From: Desulfomicrobium sp.
Lineage (GTDB): Bacteria; Desulfobacterota; Desulfovibrionia; Desulfovibrionales; Desulfomicrobiaceae
DNA: 64,000 nucleotides
Direction: 5' to 3'
NCBI GenBank assembly: GCA_040768745.1
Contig: JAXGMI010000001.1
Coordinates: forward strand, 736,001-800,000
Every line of letters starts with the position of its first letter. Position 1 is the first letter of the stretch. Under the pieces are notes generated by a model. The model had not been told where the DNA came from, did no database searches, and was given only the letters and a program-made list of their open reading frames with translations. The position numbers and the translations under genes were made by a program. Of this stretch, positions 56,442 through 64,000 are shown one piece after another.

Positions 56442-58369
56442 TCCGAGCGATACGGCCGAATGCAATGGCCCAGGATGACGCGAGCATGATCTCAGGGTGG
56501 AATGTTTCGCCAAATGTGGCCTATACGCTCGTCCTGTTCCCCGGCGCGGCATCCTGTGGTGTCCTGCTGTACGATGATGACGGCTCGGCGCTCATCGCAT
56601 CGGGCGCTGCACTGACCGGAACAGATAAGCCGGCTATACTGACCCCGCAGACTGGTCAGACGATCGGTATGGTTGACGAGGACCTCGGATGGCATCTGCT
56701 CCTCACGACTACAGGCGCCGCGGCACAACGCACGATCCGGATCGGCCCTGCAGTTGATCTGCCGGATGAGATCCACCCTGTCTATGGTGATGATGACCTG
56801 GCTCTGGCTCGCGCAACTGCTGCGATTGACGCGGCAGCGCACTACATCGGTGACATGACCGTGAGCTGTCCTCTCGGTCTCGGGGCTGGTCTCGGTGATG
56901 TCGTGAGTGTGCCAGTGGATGGCGTGGCGATTGTTGGTCAGGTTGAGTCGATCACTTGGACAGCGGCCCCGGATGGGGCAACGGAGCAGGCGGTGATCCG
57001 GCGGCATGTGGCTATCGCTCCGGAGTCGTTTGTGGAGGTCATCCCGCCGACGGTCGCGGATGACACAGGCACTTCCACGCATCTGGTCGGGACAAGCGGC
57101 AACGTGCTGGCCAATGACGAGGCTGGTTTGACCGTGGTGGCAGTGAATGGGCTGTCTGCCAATGTCGGTGAGGCCGTGGCTGGGGACAATGGCGGACTGT
57201 TTACGATTGCGGCAAATGGGGTGTGGTCATTCGACCCTGACGGTGACTTTGCGCTTTTGGAGGGCGCCGAGACTGCCGACACATCCGTCACATATCACGC
57301 CAGCGACGGAACGTCCGAAGCCAGGGCGACGGTGACAGTGACTGTATCCGCCGCAAATACCGCTCCGGTCGCGGTGGATGATGCTGGCGCAACACACGCT
57401 GAAGCGACGACAAGCGGCAACGTGTTGACCAATGACACTGACGCGGATGATGACGATCTGGTCGTCTCCAAAGTGGCAGGATCGGCGGGCAATGTCGGTG
57501 ATCCTGTTGCCGGGAGCAATGGCGGCTTGTTTACGATTGGGAGCGATGGCGCTTGGTCGTTTGATCCTGATGGCGACTTTTCAGATCTGACCGGCGAGCA
57601 GACTGCGACGACGAGCGTGACGTATCACGTCAGTGACGGGGAGGATGAGGACGAAGGAACGCTGACCGTAACAGTGAGCGCCGCGCCACTAGGCGACCCT
57701 CTGTGGGAGGATGTCGCGCTGCTTATCCAAGCACCGGAATCTGGATCAACTATCGTGGACGCGACAGGCAAGTCAGTTACTGCACAGGGCAACACCGCAG
57801 TCTCGACAGCTCTTGGATACCCGACGATCTATTTTGACGGCAATGGCGACCGGTTGGATGTAAGCTCGGCTGGAGGCTTCAATTTTCTGCATAATGGATC
57901 GAACTGGACGATTGAGTTTATTATTAATCCATCAGCAGTGACGGCAGATGAAGTCATTTTTGACACAGCGCGGGGGACAAGCGTCAATGCGGGGATTTAT
58001 CTCGGGTTCACATCTGGTGGAATATCCCTCCAAGTTTTTCGAGCTTCAAATAACTCCCCGGTCATCAACGCATCATTCAATTATACATTTTTGACAGGCA
58101 CTGCGTACACAGTCACCCTTGAATGGGACTTCTCGTTAACAACCGGAACTGTGAAGATGTATGTCAACGGAGTCTTTGTGACGCAGGCCGACAAAATATC
58201 TGGAAGAACACCATCAGCAGCAAATCACCAAACGGCTATGGTCGGCATGTTTTCTGCGTCATATCCTGCCTATTCTCTTTACGGACACCTCCGCCTGTTG
58301 CGAATAACCGAGGGTATCCGGTACGGTGCTGCTCATGATCCTGTAACCTGGCCTGCGCCCACATCATAG
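56438..58369 (+). CDS. Putative receptor-binding/tail protein: two cadherin/VCBS-like repeats + LamG/ConA-like domain
   Basis: Two ~105-aa repeats (P..V.DD...SGNVL.ND...GGLFTI...G.WSFDPDGDF...VTYH.SDG); then FDGNGD..., WTIEF and MYVNG LamG-like motifs. Confidence 0.75.
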   Translation: MIRAIRPNAMAQDDASMISGWNVSPNVAYTLVLFPGAASCGVLLYDDDGSALIASGAALTGTDKPAILTPQTGQTIGMVDEDLGWHLLLTTTGAAAQRTIRIGPAVDLPDEIHPVYGDDDLALARATAAIDAAAHYIGDMTVSCPLGLGAGLGDVVSVPVDGVAIVGQVESITWTAAPDGATEQAVIRRHVAIAPESFVEVIPPTVADDTGTSTHLVGTSGNVLANDEAGLTVVAVNGLSANVGEAVAGDNGGLFTIAANGVWSFDPDGDFALLEGAETADTSVTYHASDGTSEARATVTVTVSAANTAPVAVDDAGATHAEATTSGNVLTNDTDADDDDLVVSKVAGSAGNVGDPVAGSNGGLFTIGSDGAWSFDPDGDFSDLTGEQTATTSVTYHVSDGEDEDEGTLTVTVSAAPLGDPLWEDVALLIQAPESGSTIVDATGKSVTAQGNTAVSTALGYPTIYFDGNGDRLDVSSAGGFNFLHNGSNWTIEFIINPSAVTADEVIFDTARGTSVNAGIYLGFTSGGISLQVFRASNNSPVINASFNYTFLTGTAYTVTLEWDFSLTTGTVKMYVNGVFVTQADKISGRTPSAANHQTAMVGMFSASYPAYSLYGHLRLLRITEGIRYGAAHDPVTWPAPTS

Positions 58370-58378
58370 GAGTAACCA

Positions 58379-58633
58379 GTGCCTATAACTCCCTCGTCCA
58401 TCCTCCCTCGCCGCCAAGTCCCCGAGATCGCAACCGGCCCTGTCGTTGCGGTTGGTATCGGCTCGGTCTCGGTGCGGATTAGGCCAGACCTGACTGTACT
58501 TGTCCCGACACAGGCGCCCTACGCCGTGGGGCAAATGGTTAGTGTGGCGATACCGTCAGGCAATCTCTCGGCTGCGCAGATTATTGGCAGCGCGGCTGGG
58601 AATGCGCCAAGGATCAGGCAGGTTGTTGTTTAG
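58379..58633 (+). CDS. Small tail-associated hypothetical protein
   Basis: AGGAG RBS with GTG start; beta-rich 84 aa. Confidence 0.6.
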   Translation: MPITPSSILPRRQVPEIATGPVVAVGIGSVSVRIRPDLTVLVPTQAPYAVGQMVSVAIPSGNLSAAQIIGSAAGNAPRIRQVVV

Positions 58634-59133
58634 CGTTTCCGCTCGAAGGTGAGCTCCCAATTGCCCGTGGCTAGCACGTCGAAAAAGATCTCGTCATCGG
58701 CCTTGAGTACAACAGTCCGCTCTCCGCGCTGTGCCCCGATGTTGTTGAGCACGAGGTCCTTTTGGCCCTTCCTGGTGTGCATCCAGACTATGAAGTTCCC
58801 GCGGCCCTTGTAGGCATATCCGAGTGTATAGACCCCAGCTCTGTACCCGAACGGCTTCGTGTACTCGGAGTTCCGGCCCGAGTATGCCCCGCGGCTTTGG
58901 CGCCATTCCACGCCGCTCATGTCGACGTTGTCTCCCGGATCGATTCTATTCACAGGGACTGTTGGTCGCGCCGGAACATGGGGGACATAAGTCTCTGCAG
59001 GAGACGAGGAGCTTTTTCCCGGTTGAGGTGGCTCCGTGCTGTTCATGTATTGGCCGTTTGGCCCGAACATTTTAAACCCTGCATGTGCTGGCTGCGCGAA
59101 CATGATCAGGAAGACCAAGATGAAACGGGTCAT
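58630..59133 (-). CDS. Secreted moron-like protein
   Basis: Signal peptide MTRFILVFLIMFAQPAHA; opposite strand to the late genes. Confidence 0.75.
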   Translation of the reverse strand: MTRFILVFLIMFAQPAHAGFKMFGPNGQYMNSTEPPQPGKSSSSPAETYVPHVPARPTVPVNRIDPGDNVDMSGVEWRQSRGAYSGRNSEYTKPFGYRAGVYTLGYAYKGRGNFIVWMHTRKGQKDLVLNNIGAQRGERTVVLKADDEIFFDVLATGNWELTFERKR

Positions 59134-59294
59134 GATTTCCCCCAGTCCATCCCGCAGACGCTACAGACATTCGATTGCCCGTGATTTAGGGCCATGCAAC
59201 ATGGGCACGCTACCGGTTGGCTGTGGGGCTTCCAGATACATACACCCACAAAGATGACGGCCAGCAACACGGTCATGCCCGCTATCATGTACAT
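59130..59294 (-). CDS. Small membrane-anchored zinc-ribbon protein (54 aa)
   Basis: AAGGAG RBS; MYMIAGMTVLLAVIFVGVCIWKPHSQPVACPCCMALNHGQSNVCSVCGMDWGKS; ATGA-coupled to the next gene. Confidence 0.6.
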   Translation of the reverse strand: MYMIAGMTVLLAVIFVGVCIWKPHSQPVACPCCMALNHGQSNVCSVCGMDWGKS

Positions 59295-59441
59295 CAGCCC
59301 CAACTCCTTTTTGTCGCGCCGATAACACGATTTTTCGGATTTGTCAGCAACAAAAGATGTCAGACATCAGGGCATTCGAAAGATGGGTAATCGAGGGGTG
59401 TTAGACAGGTCCAGGTTTGATCGATTTTTACGGGAGATGTT

Positions 59442-59535
59442 GCGGCCGATTTGGCACACGAACGAGTTGGGGGTTGCGGCTGAGGTCTGCGCCAAATAGC
59501 GCGCAAATCTGCGCCAAACGCCGCGCGCGCTTACA
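59442..59535 (-). repeat. Prophage right end with transposase-binding sites R1, R2 and inverted R3
   Basis: Same motif as the left end at 59509-59526 and 59487-59504 (minus strand) and 59442-59459 (plus strand). Confidence 0.85.
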
Positions 59536-59538
59536 GGG

Positions 59539-60405
59539 TCAGGATACTTCGGCCAGGGCCCGCTCCAGGGCCCGGGGCAGAAAGGGCAACAGGTCGGCCA
59601 CTCCCCAGGCCGGGGTGGGGCTGGCCAAAGAACCCACATGGCGGTTGGCCAATGCCGCCACGCGACAGGCGGTGGGCACACTGAGGCCCGAGGCCAACAG
59701 GGCTGTCACCAGTCCGGTCAGGGTGTCTCCCGTCCCGCCGATGGGCTCCAAAGCAGGAATATCCGGGTCGCTGATGGCGGCGATGATGGCTCCCTCGGCG
59801 ACCACGTAGTCAGTGCGCCCCTTGATTAGGAGGTGCCGGGCCGCGTTCTCGGCGGCGTAAGCCAGGGGAATGAGTTCCGGAATACGCTCCTCCTCCTGCA
59901 GGAGGAAGCCCCGCGTGTAGAAGGGATGGGGAGCGACCTCGTCGGCCAGAAAAGCCATTTCTCCCGCGTCCGGTGTGAACAGATCATAGTGTGCGGCAAA
60001 GCCGCTCATCTTGGCTGCGTACATGAATCCTGCGTCGGCCACGAGCAGGGGACGACTCGGCAGGGCTTCCAGAATCCAAAGAATTTTATTGTGCCAAACC
60101 ACGTCGGGCATGAGATAATGAAACGTTACCCCGTCGTAGGCAGAGCCTTCCAGCCCGGCTGTCATCCGGGCGTACGCTTCCCGGCTGCCCGCACCCGAAC
60201 CTGTGTCCCCGGCGAGCAATGCTTCTGGCTTTTCCGCGCCAAGCACCCCGGTTGCCACTGCGGCCGTGGCCATGAGGGCGGACGTGCCCCGGGCCACGTT
60301 CACAACCCGCCCCTCCATCTCCAGCACATTCCCGCGCAGGGCGTAACTTCCCCACGTCAGACCGTAATCAGCCCTAGGCACAGTGCCCACGATCAGCCAC
60401 GACAT
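59539..60405 (-). CDS. Ribokinase-fold (YjeF C-terminal/carbohydrate kinase-like) protein
   Basis: LVADAG, FTPDAGE, LIKGRTD and GGTGDTLTG motifs. Confidence 0.75.
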   Translation of the reverse strand: MSWLIVGTVPRADYGLTWGSYALRGNVLEMEGRVVNVARGTSALMATAAVATGVLGAEKPEALLAGDTGSGAGSREAYARMTAGLEGSAYDGVTFHYLMPDVVWHNKILWILEALPSRPLLVADAGFMYAAKMSGFAAHYDLFTPDAGEMAFLADEVAPHPFYTRGFLLQEEERIPELIPLAYAAENAARHLLIKGRTDYVVAEGAIIAAISDPDIPALEPIGGTGDTLTGLVTALLASGLSVPTACRVAALANRHVGSLASPTPAWGVADLLPFLPRALERALAEVS

Positions 60406-60965
60406 TGGCGATGCGCCTCCTCGAACGCCAACTGCAGGGCATAGCCACACAATGTCTGCCCCAGGGAACGCGGCTCCGGGGCTTCGTCCAGCGTTTTGCC
60501 CACCAGCGCATCGGCCAGAAAAGGCACGTCCGGGCAGCCCCCCCCCGAGACATTGACGATACGACGATCACGCCGGTCCACGGTGATCTTCATGTTGGCG
60601 GCGCGGACCATGACATAATCCCCCAGTTCCTTGACATGGTACAGTGAAACCGGCTCCAGGAGATGATCCTGCGCCACGGCCACGCGCAAAGGCAGAAGAT
60701 TGCGCTCGGCCAGCACCTCCCGCACACGCATCTCCTCCAACAGGGGAAACTCGATGACCATGTCGCAGCCCTGGCGCAGATCCGGAGGCGGTCCCTTGAT
60801 GGTCACCCGCACCCCGGCCTGACGCAACGCAGCCTCGGCCCGGATGACCTCGCCCGTACTCGGGTAAACGAGCATGCCTTTGTCCGAAAGACTCCGATCA
60901 ACGCGTTCCCGACCTGAGAACACGCCACGCAGCCAGCCCGCTATTTTGCCAGATCCAGCCGGCAT
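60393..60965 (-). CDS. DUF3343-domain putative Se/S carrier protein
   Basis: EVIRAE..L...GPPPDLRQGCD N-terminal domain and SGGGCPDVP...TLCG C-terminal domain. Confidence 0.7.
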   Translation of the reverse strand: MPAGSGKIAGWLRGVFSGRERVDRSLSDKGMLVYPSTGEVIRAEAALRQAGVRVTIKGPPPDLRQGCDMVIEFPLLEEMRVREVLAERNLLPLRVAVAQDHLLEPVSLYHVKELGDYVMVRAANMKITVDRRDRRIVNVSGGGCPDVPFLADALVGKTLDEAPEPRSLGQTLCGYALQLAFEEAHRQCRG

Positions 60966-61156
60966 TCTCCACCCGCCATCTCCGTCACGGCTACGCTCCA
61001 CCCCTGGCTTTGCGCTGCTCGGGCGACATTCTCACGGCTGGCTTCGTTGTCTACCAGCACCTCGATAGCCCCGGATCCTGTCCCACGCATGGCCTGCATG
61101 GCTAAGAGTACGGGCTGGGGACAGGACAGTCCCCGTGTATCAACTGTCTGTTTCAT
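60941..61156 (-). CDS. SirA/TusA/YedF-like sulfur carrier
   Basis: VDTRGLSCPQPV and VLVDN motifs. Confidence 0.9.
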   Translation of the reverse strand: MKQTVDTRGLSCPQPVLLAMQAMRGTGSGAIEVLVDNEASRENVARAAQSQGWSVAVTEMAGGECRLDLAK

Positions 61157-61167
61157 CGTGTCCTCCC

Positions 61168-62256
61168 CTATTTTCGATTCGTAACGCCAATGAAAACCAG
61201 CACGGCCATCCCCACGATTACCGCTGCCATGCCATGCGGCCCGATGCCTTGAGGCGAGCTAGCCAAGCCAAAATTATGAGCCAGGCCGGCGCCGGCAAGC
61301 ATTCCCAGAACAAACACTCCCGCATCGCTGTTGCCTTCGCCACTCATGAACAGCTGTCGTCCCGGACACCCCCCGGCCAGGGCAAAAGCCAAACCGGCCA
61401 TGAGCATGCCCGCAAAGTTCCAGAACCACATGGTGTGGGCCACGGGCTGCCCATCAAAGCCAGGCTTGAACTGGCCCAGGGCTATGTTGGTCGCAAAGGC
61501 CGCCACAAGCAAGGCCACAAAGCCGTAGAGCAGGTAAAACTGCCTGAAGAGCAGGGCGTCGCGGATGGCGCCCATGGTGCAAAAGCGGCTGCGCTGGGCC
61601 AAAAATCCGATGCCCAGACCCGCCCCGAGGGAAATGAACAGCGGCGCATAGGCTGCGCCCGGCCCCTTGATAGAATACCACAGCACTCCACTCTGGGCCT
61701 CGCCGGGCACAGGCGGAAAGAGCAGACGCAGGGCCAGCAGCCCCAACATCATCAGGGGCAGCATCAGCCCCGTGCTCGTGGATTGGACTTGGCTGCGGCC
61801 CAAGGAGAATCCGCCCTTGAAGAACAGGGTCCCGATCCCAACCCCGGAAACCAAGCCCAGCAGGCCGAAAATCGCGTTGCCGTCCCCACCGGCCAGGCGC
61901 AGAATGACGCGCCACGGGCAGCCAAGGAAGACCAGGGCGCCGATCATGGCGATCATACCCAAAAAGAAGCGGATCACGGGTGCAGAGCCGCCGCTCGGCT
62001 TGAATTCCTTGAAGATCAGGGCCGCCGCGAAGGAACCGAGAACAAAGCCGATGATCTCCGGCCGCAGGTACTGGACCACCTCGGCCCGGTGCAGCCCAAT
62101 GGCGCCTGCGATATCCCGTCCGAAGCAGGCCACGCAGATAGCCATATTCGCCGGATTGCCCAATTTCTGCAGAAACCCGGCCACAACCCCGATCACCGTT
62201 CCCACGACGATGATTCCCACCGTGGTGGCAAAAACGTTTTTAACTCCCGCTGACAT
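61168..62256 (-). CDS. yedE: YedE/YeeE family (selenium-metabolism type) transporter
   Basis: GNPANMAICVACF.RD, GCPWR, RFCTMG and GGCPGRQ motifs; multiple TM helices. Confidence 0.85.
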   Translation of the reverse strand: MSAGVKNVFATTVGIIVVGTVIGVVAGFLQKLGNPANMAICVACFGRDIAGAIGLHRAEVVQYLRPEIIGFVLGSFAAALIFKEFKPSGGSAPVIRFFLGMIAMIGALVFLGCPWRVILRLAGGDGNAIFGLLGLVSGVGIGTLFFKGGFSLGRSQVQSTSTGLMLPLMMLGLLALRLLFPPVPGEAQSGVLWYSIKGPGAAYAPLFISLGAGLGIGFLAQRSRFCTMGAIRDALLFRQFYLLYGFVALLVAAFATNIALGQFKPGFDGQPVAHTMWFWNFAGMLMAGLAFALAGGCPGRQLFMSGEGNSDAGVFVLGMLAGAGLAHNFGLASSPQGIGPHGMAAVIVGMAVLVFIGVTNRK

Positions 62257-62498
62257 CACTCTCCTCCTTTGCTGTTCGCTCCATGTTCCCGATCCTGCTC
62301 ACGGACGCTCAACGGGCAGAGCAGCTCATCCGGCCCGAAGACATGCTCCCCGTTGCACAACGGACAACTCACCCGCACCGATCCCTCCAGATATCTGCTC
62401 CCTCCCTGGCCTTCGCGTACCGCGAGCATTTCGTTGACCTCCCACAGCGCGGAGTAAAAAAAGCGGCCCTTAATGGGACAGACAAAACACAGCTCCAC
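62256..62498 (-). CDS. Small Cys-rich protein (80 aa) leading the yedE cluster
   Basis: GGAGGGAGG RBS with GTG start; FVCP...CPLC...LLCPL; TGATG-coupled to yedE. Confidence 0.65.
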   Translation of the reverse strand: MELCFVCPIKGRFFYSALWEVNEMLAVREGQGGSRYLEGSVRVSCPLCNGEHVFGPDELLCPLSVREQDREHGANSKGGE

Positions 62499-62609
62499 GC
62501 GCCTCCCTCCAACGGTTACACACTGTGGCACATTCGTGTACGCCAAAAATTTGTTGTCCGTCCAATAGATTGCATCAATATCGAGGCAACCAACCGATCT
62601 GTTTTTTTC

Positions 62610-62781
62610 GGTCTTGTCTACGCCCTGGCCTTGCTCACTGACCCTTTCAGGCCGTGGCAAGTAGTGGAATAGTGAGAAGCGCTGGGTCAGTACGTCGTGA
62701 GGGTTTCCCCATGGGAGTCCGGGCCCCCTCTGCGCATCAACAAAATTGAAGGGGTTGCAGCGAACTGCAACCCCTTTTTTT
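62610..62781 (+). pseudogene. Decayed copy of the tRNA-Leu locus (promoter, tRNA body 62656-62739, terminator)
   Basis: Hand alignment to 28885-29057 is collinear, about 75% identical (131 of 174 columns); CCA is now TCA and the T-loop and anticodon stem are broken. Confidence 0.8.
62749..62781. terminator. Terminator hairpin identical in stem to the tRNA terminator
   Basis: AAGGGGTTGCAG-CGAA-CTGCAACCCCTTTTTTT. Confidence 0.8.
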
Positions 62782-62868
62782 CGATGGAGCGCACGGGCAT
62801 TCTCCGTCCCTGCAGACCTCGGATTGGGCCTTCCAGGGGCTTTTGGCGTGAAACTGTTGCGGTCGCCC

Positions 62869-63270
62869 TCACAAGTCCTTGAGGACGATATCCATGCGCA
62901 TGTCCACCCATTTGCCATGCACTTCCTCGTCGCAGTCGGCCAGGGTGGCAGTGATGATCTTGCCCGCGTCCATGAGCCGGGCCAGGATGGGATTGGATTT
63001 GCGCGGCACGTAGCCGAGCTTTTCGCCGTCCGGCGTGAAGACCTCGATGGCCAGTTCGTCATGGGGATTGTCCGGCTGACGTTTCAGGATCAGGGTCCTG
63101 GCCTGGCGGATGCGCTCCAGGGCTTGTGGCGCGTCGTAGTAGGCCGTGCCCGCGACATGGGTGTTGATCAGAAAAATATCCCGGCCAAAGGGCAGGGTCA
63201 GCTCTCCGCCGTCCACGGACACGCGCATGAGCAGGCCGGTCAGGCCATCCTTGATGACAATATCGGACAT
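62869..63270 (-). CDS. HIRAN domain protein
   Basis: HVAGTAYY, L.RQPDNPHDELAIEV and KLGYVPR..N..LARLMDAG motifs. Confidence 0.88.
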   Translation of the reverse strand: MSDIVIKDGLTGLLMRVSVDGGELTLPFGRDIFLINTHVAGTAYYDAPQALERIRQARTLILKRQPDNPHDELAIEVFTPDGEKLGYVPRKSNPILARLMDAGKIITATLADCDEEVHGKWVDMRMDIVLKDL

Positions 63271-64000
63271 CAGTGCACCTGTACCGCACCCTGGGCCATG
63301 AGCTGGCCGCAGAGGGCGCGCAGCTCGTCGCACCGGGCCTGCATGGCGGCGCAGGCCGAGCGCAGTTCTTCCTGTTTGGCCGCGATCCAGGCCGGGTCGC
63401 GCAGCTCCCGCTCCAGGCACAGGGGCGGGTTTTTGCGCCTCTCGGCGATGCGGCGGGCATGTTCCAGGGCCAAGTGTTCCAGGCGGTCCCGTTCCTCTGC
63501 CAGGGCGTCCAGGCTTGAGCGCTCGTCCACCCTTTCGGAACGTCCGTCCCGCGCCGCATCCCACAGGGCTTCCAGCGCATTGAGGTCGCCGGCCGCGTAG
63601 GCCGCCTGGGCATGGTCCCAATAGGTTTCGAGCAGGACCGGATCGCCATGCATGTCCGGATGGAGCAGAAAACACAGGGCGCGGTAAAGCTTTTTGATCT
63701 GCAACTCCTGATCCGGACTCAGGTATTTGACCTCCTTAAGAAAATCCTGGGCCGCGTCCACCTGCCGGGCCTTGTCCGCCATTTCCCGTTGCCACACGGC
63801 CTGCAGTTCGCGCACCTCGGCGTCGATGCGCTCCAGGTCGCCCGCCTCGACGCGCCCGCCCCGGTTGATGATCCGCATCAGGCTTTCGACCCGGAATTTC
63901 AGCCCACCCGCCTCGACGCGCACGGCCAGCAGGGCGTATTCGTGCGCGCCGATCTCCTTTTCATAGATGGCCGTGAGGATGGGAATGGCGTGGGCGCGAA
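63270..64000 (-). CDS. Coiled-coil protein with an internal J-domain-like segment (5' end outside the window)
   Basis: IKKLYRALCFLLHPD...AQAAYAAGDL; TGATG-coupled to the HIRAN gene. Confidence 0.75.
   Translation of the reverse strand, partial: RAHAIPILTAIYEKEIGAHEYALLAVRVEAGGLKFRVESLMRIINRGGRVEAGDLERIDAEVRELQAVWQREMADKARQVDAAQDFLKEVKYLSPDQELQIKKLYRALCFLLHPDMHGDPVLLETYWDHAQAAYAAGDLNALEALWDAARDGRSERVDERSSLDALAEERDRLEHLALEHARRIAERRKNPPLCLERELRDPAWIAAKQEELRSACAAMQARCDELRALCGQLMAQGAVQVH

Larger units (their letters stand above)
29116..59535 (+). mobile_element. Defective Mu-like transposable prophage (30,420 bp, non-contractile tail)
   Basis: Starts TG (29116), ends CA (59535); 5-bp target duplication GGGTC at 29111-29115 and 59536-59540; Mu-type gene order (repressor, A remnant, gemA, mor, lysis, gp25-gp37 homologues, tail); no sheath gene seen. 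Confidence 0.93.

Noticed and set aside
36314..58633. Domesticated gene transfer agent or tailocin
   Set aside because: The terminase appears damaged, the tape-measure gene has a stop and there is no sheath gene, so functional DNA-filled particles or tails are unlikely.
52683..59535. Diversity-generating retroelement or invertible (Gin-type) tail-fibre segment
   Set aside because: No reverse transcriptase, no TR/VR pair differing at adenines, no invertase and no flanking inverted repeats were seen. The 57.0-57.7 kb repeats are ordinary protein-domain duplications.
59539..62498. Selenocysteine (UGA) recoding in the selenium-associated cluster
   Set aside because: All five frames are open with Cys at the motif positions; no in-frame TGA needing read-through was found.
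28933..62781. Prophage integrated at tRNA-Leu by an integrase, with the decayed tRNA as its attR
   Set aside because: No integrase is present. The element has Mu-type ends and a 5-bp duplication starting 96 bp past the tRNA, and the tRNA-like copy lies 3 kb beyond the right end and is far more diverged than the intact duplication.

Overview
Chromosomal window from a sulfate-reducing deltaproteobacterium (Desulfovibrionales-like, judged from the stand-alone dsrC, mqnE and aor genes; the genus cannot be fixed from sequence alone). (1) 1-29.1 kb is mostly housekeeping: a zraS/zraP-like zinc-response locus split by a complete IS1595-family element, transporters (DMT, MarC, RND, ClC), a triple-PAS protein, cardiolipin synthase, dsrC, malQ/glgB, mqnE, rpsA, rimO, IHF, rlpA, aor, ribF and tRNA-Leu(CAG). 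(2) 29116-59535 is a 30.4 kb Mu-like transposable prophage with a non-contractile tail. Its TG...CA ends, 5-bp GGGTC target duplication and six repeated transposase-binding sites can be read directly. It is defective: a large deletion fuses the MuA N-terminus to the gemA 3' end, the terminase appears to have an in-frame deletion, and the tape-measure gene has an internal TAG. It keeps the repressor, late activator, lysis cassette, a MuF toxin-like/immunity-like pair, a major capsid protein with a signal-peptide-like leader and a Cys-rich, adhesin-like tail tip. (3) 59.5-64 kb holds a YedE/SirA/DUF3343/kinase-like sulfur-selenium cluster, a decayed full copy of the tRNA-Leu locus (promoter, gene and terminator), and a coupled J-domain + HIRAN gene pair. 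All calls come from manual reading and motif recognition; no database searches were run.
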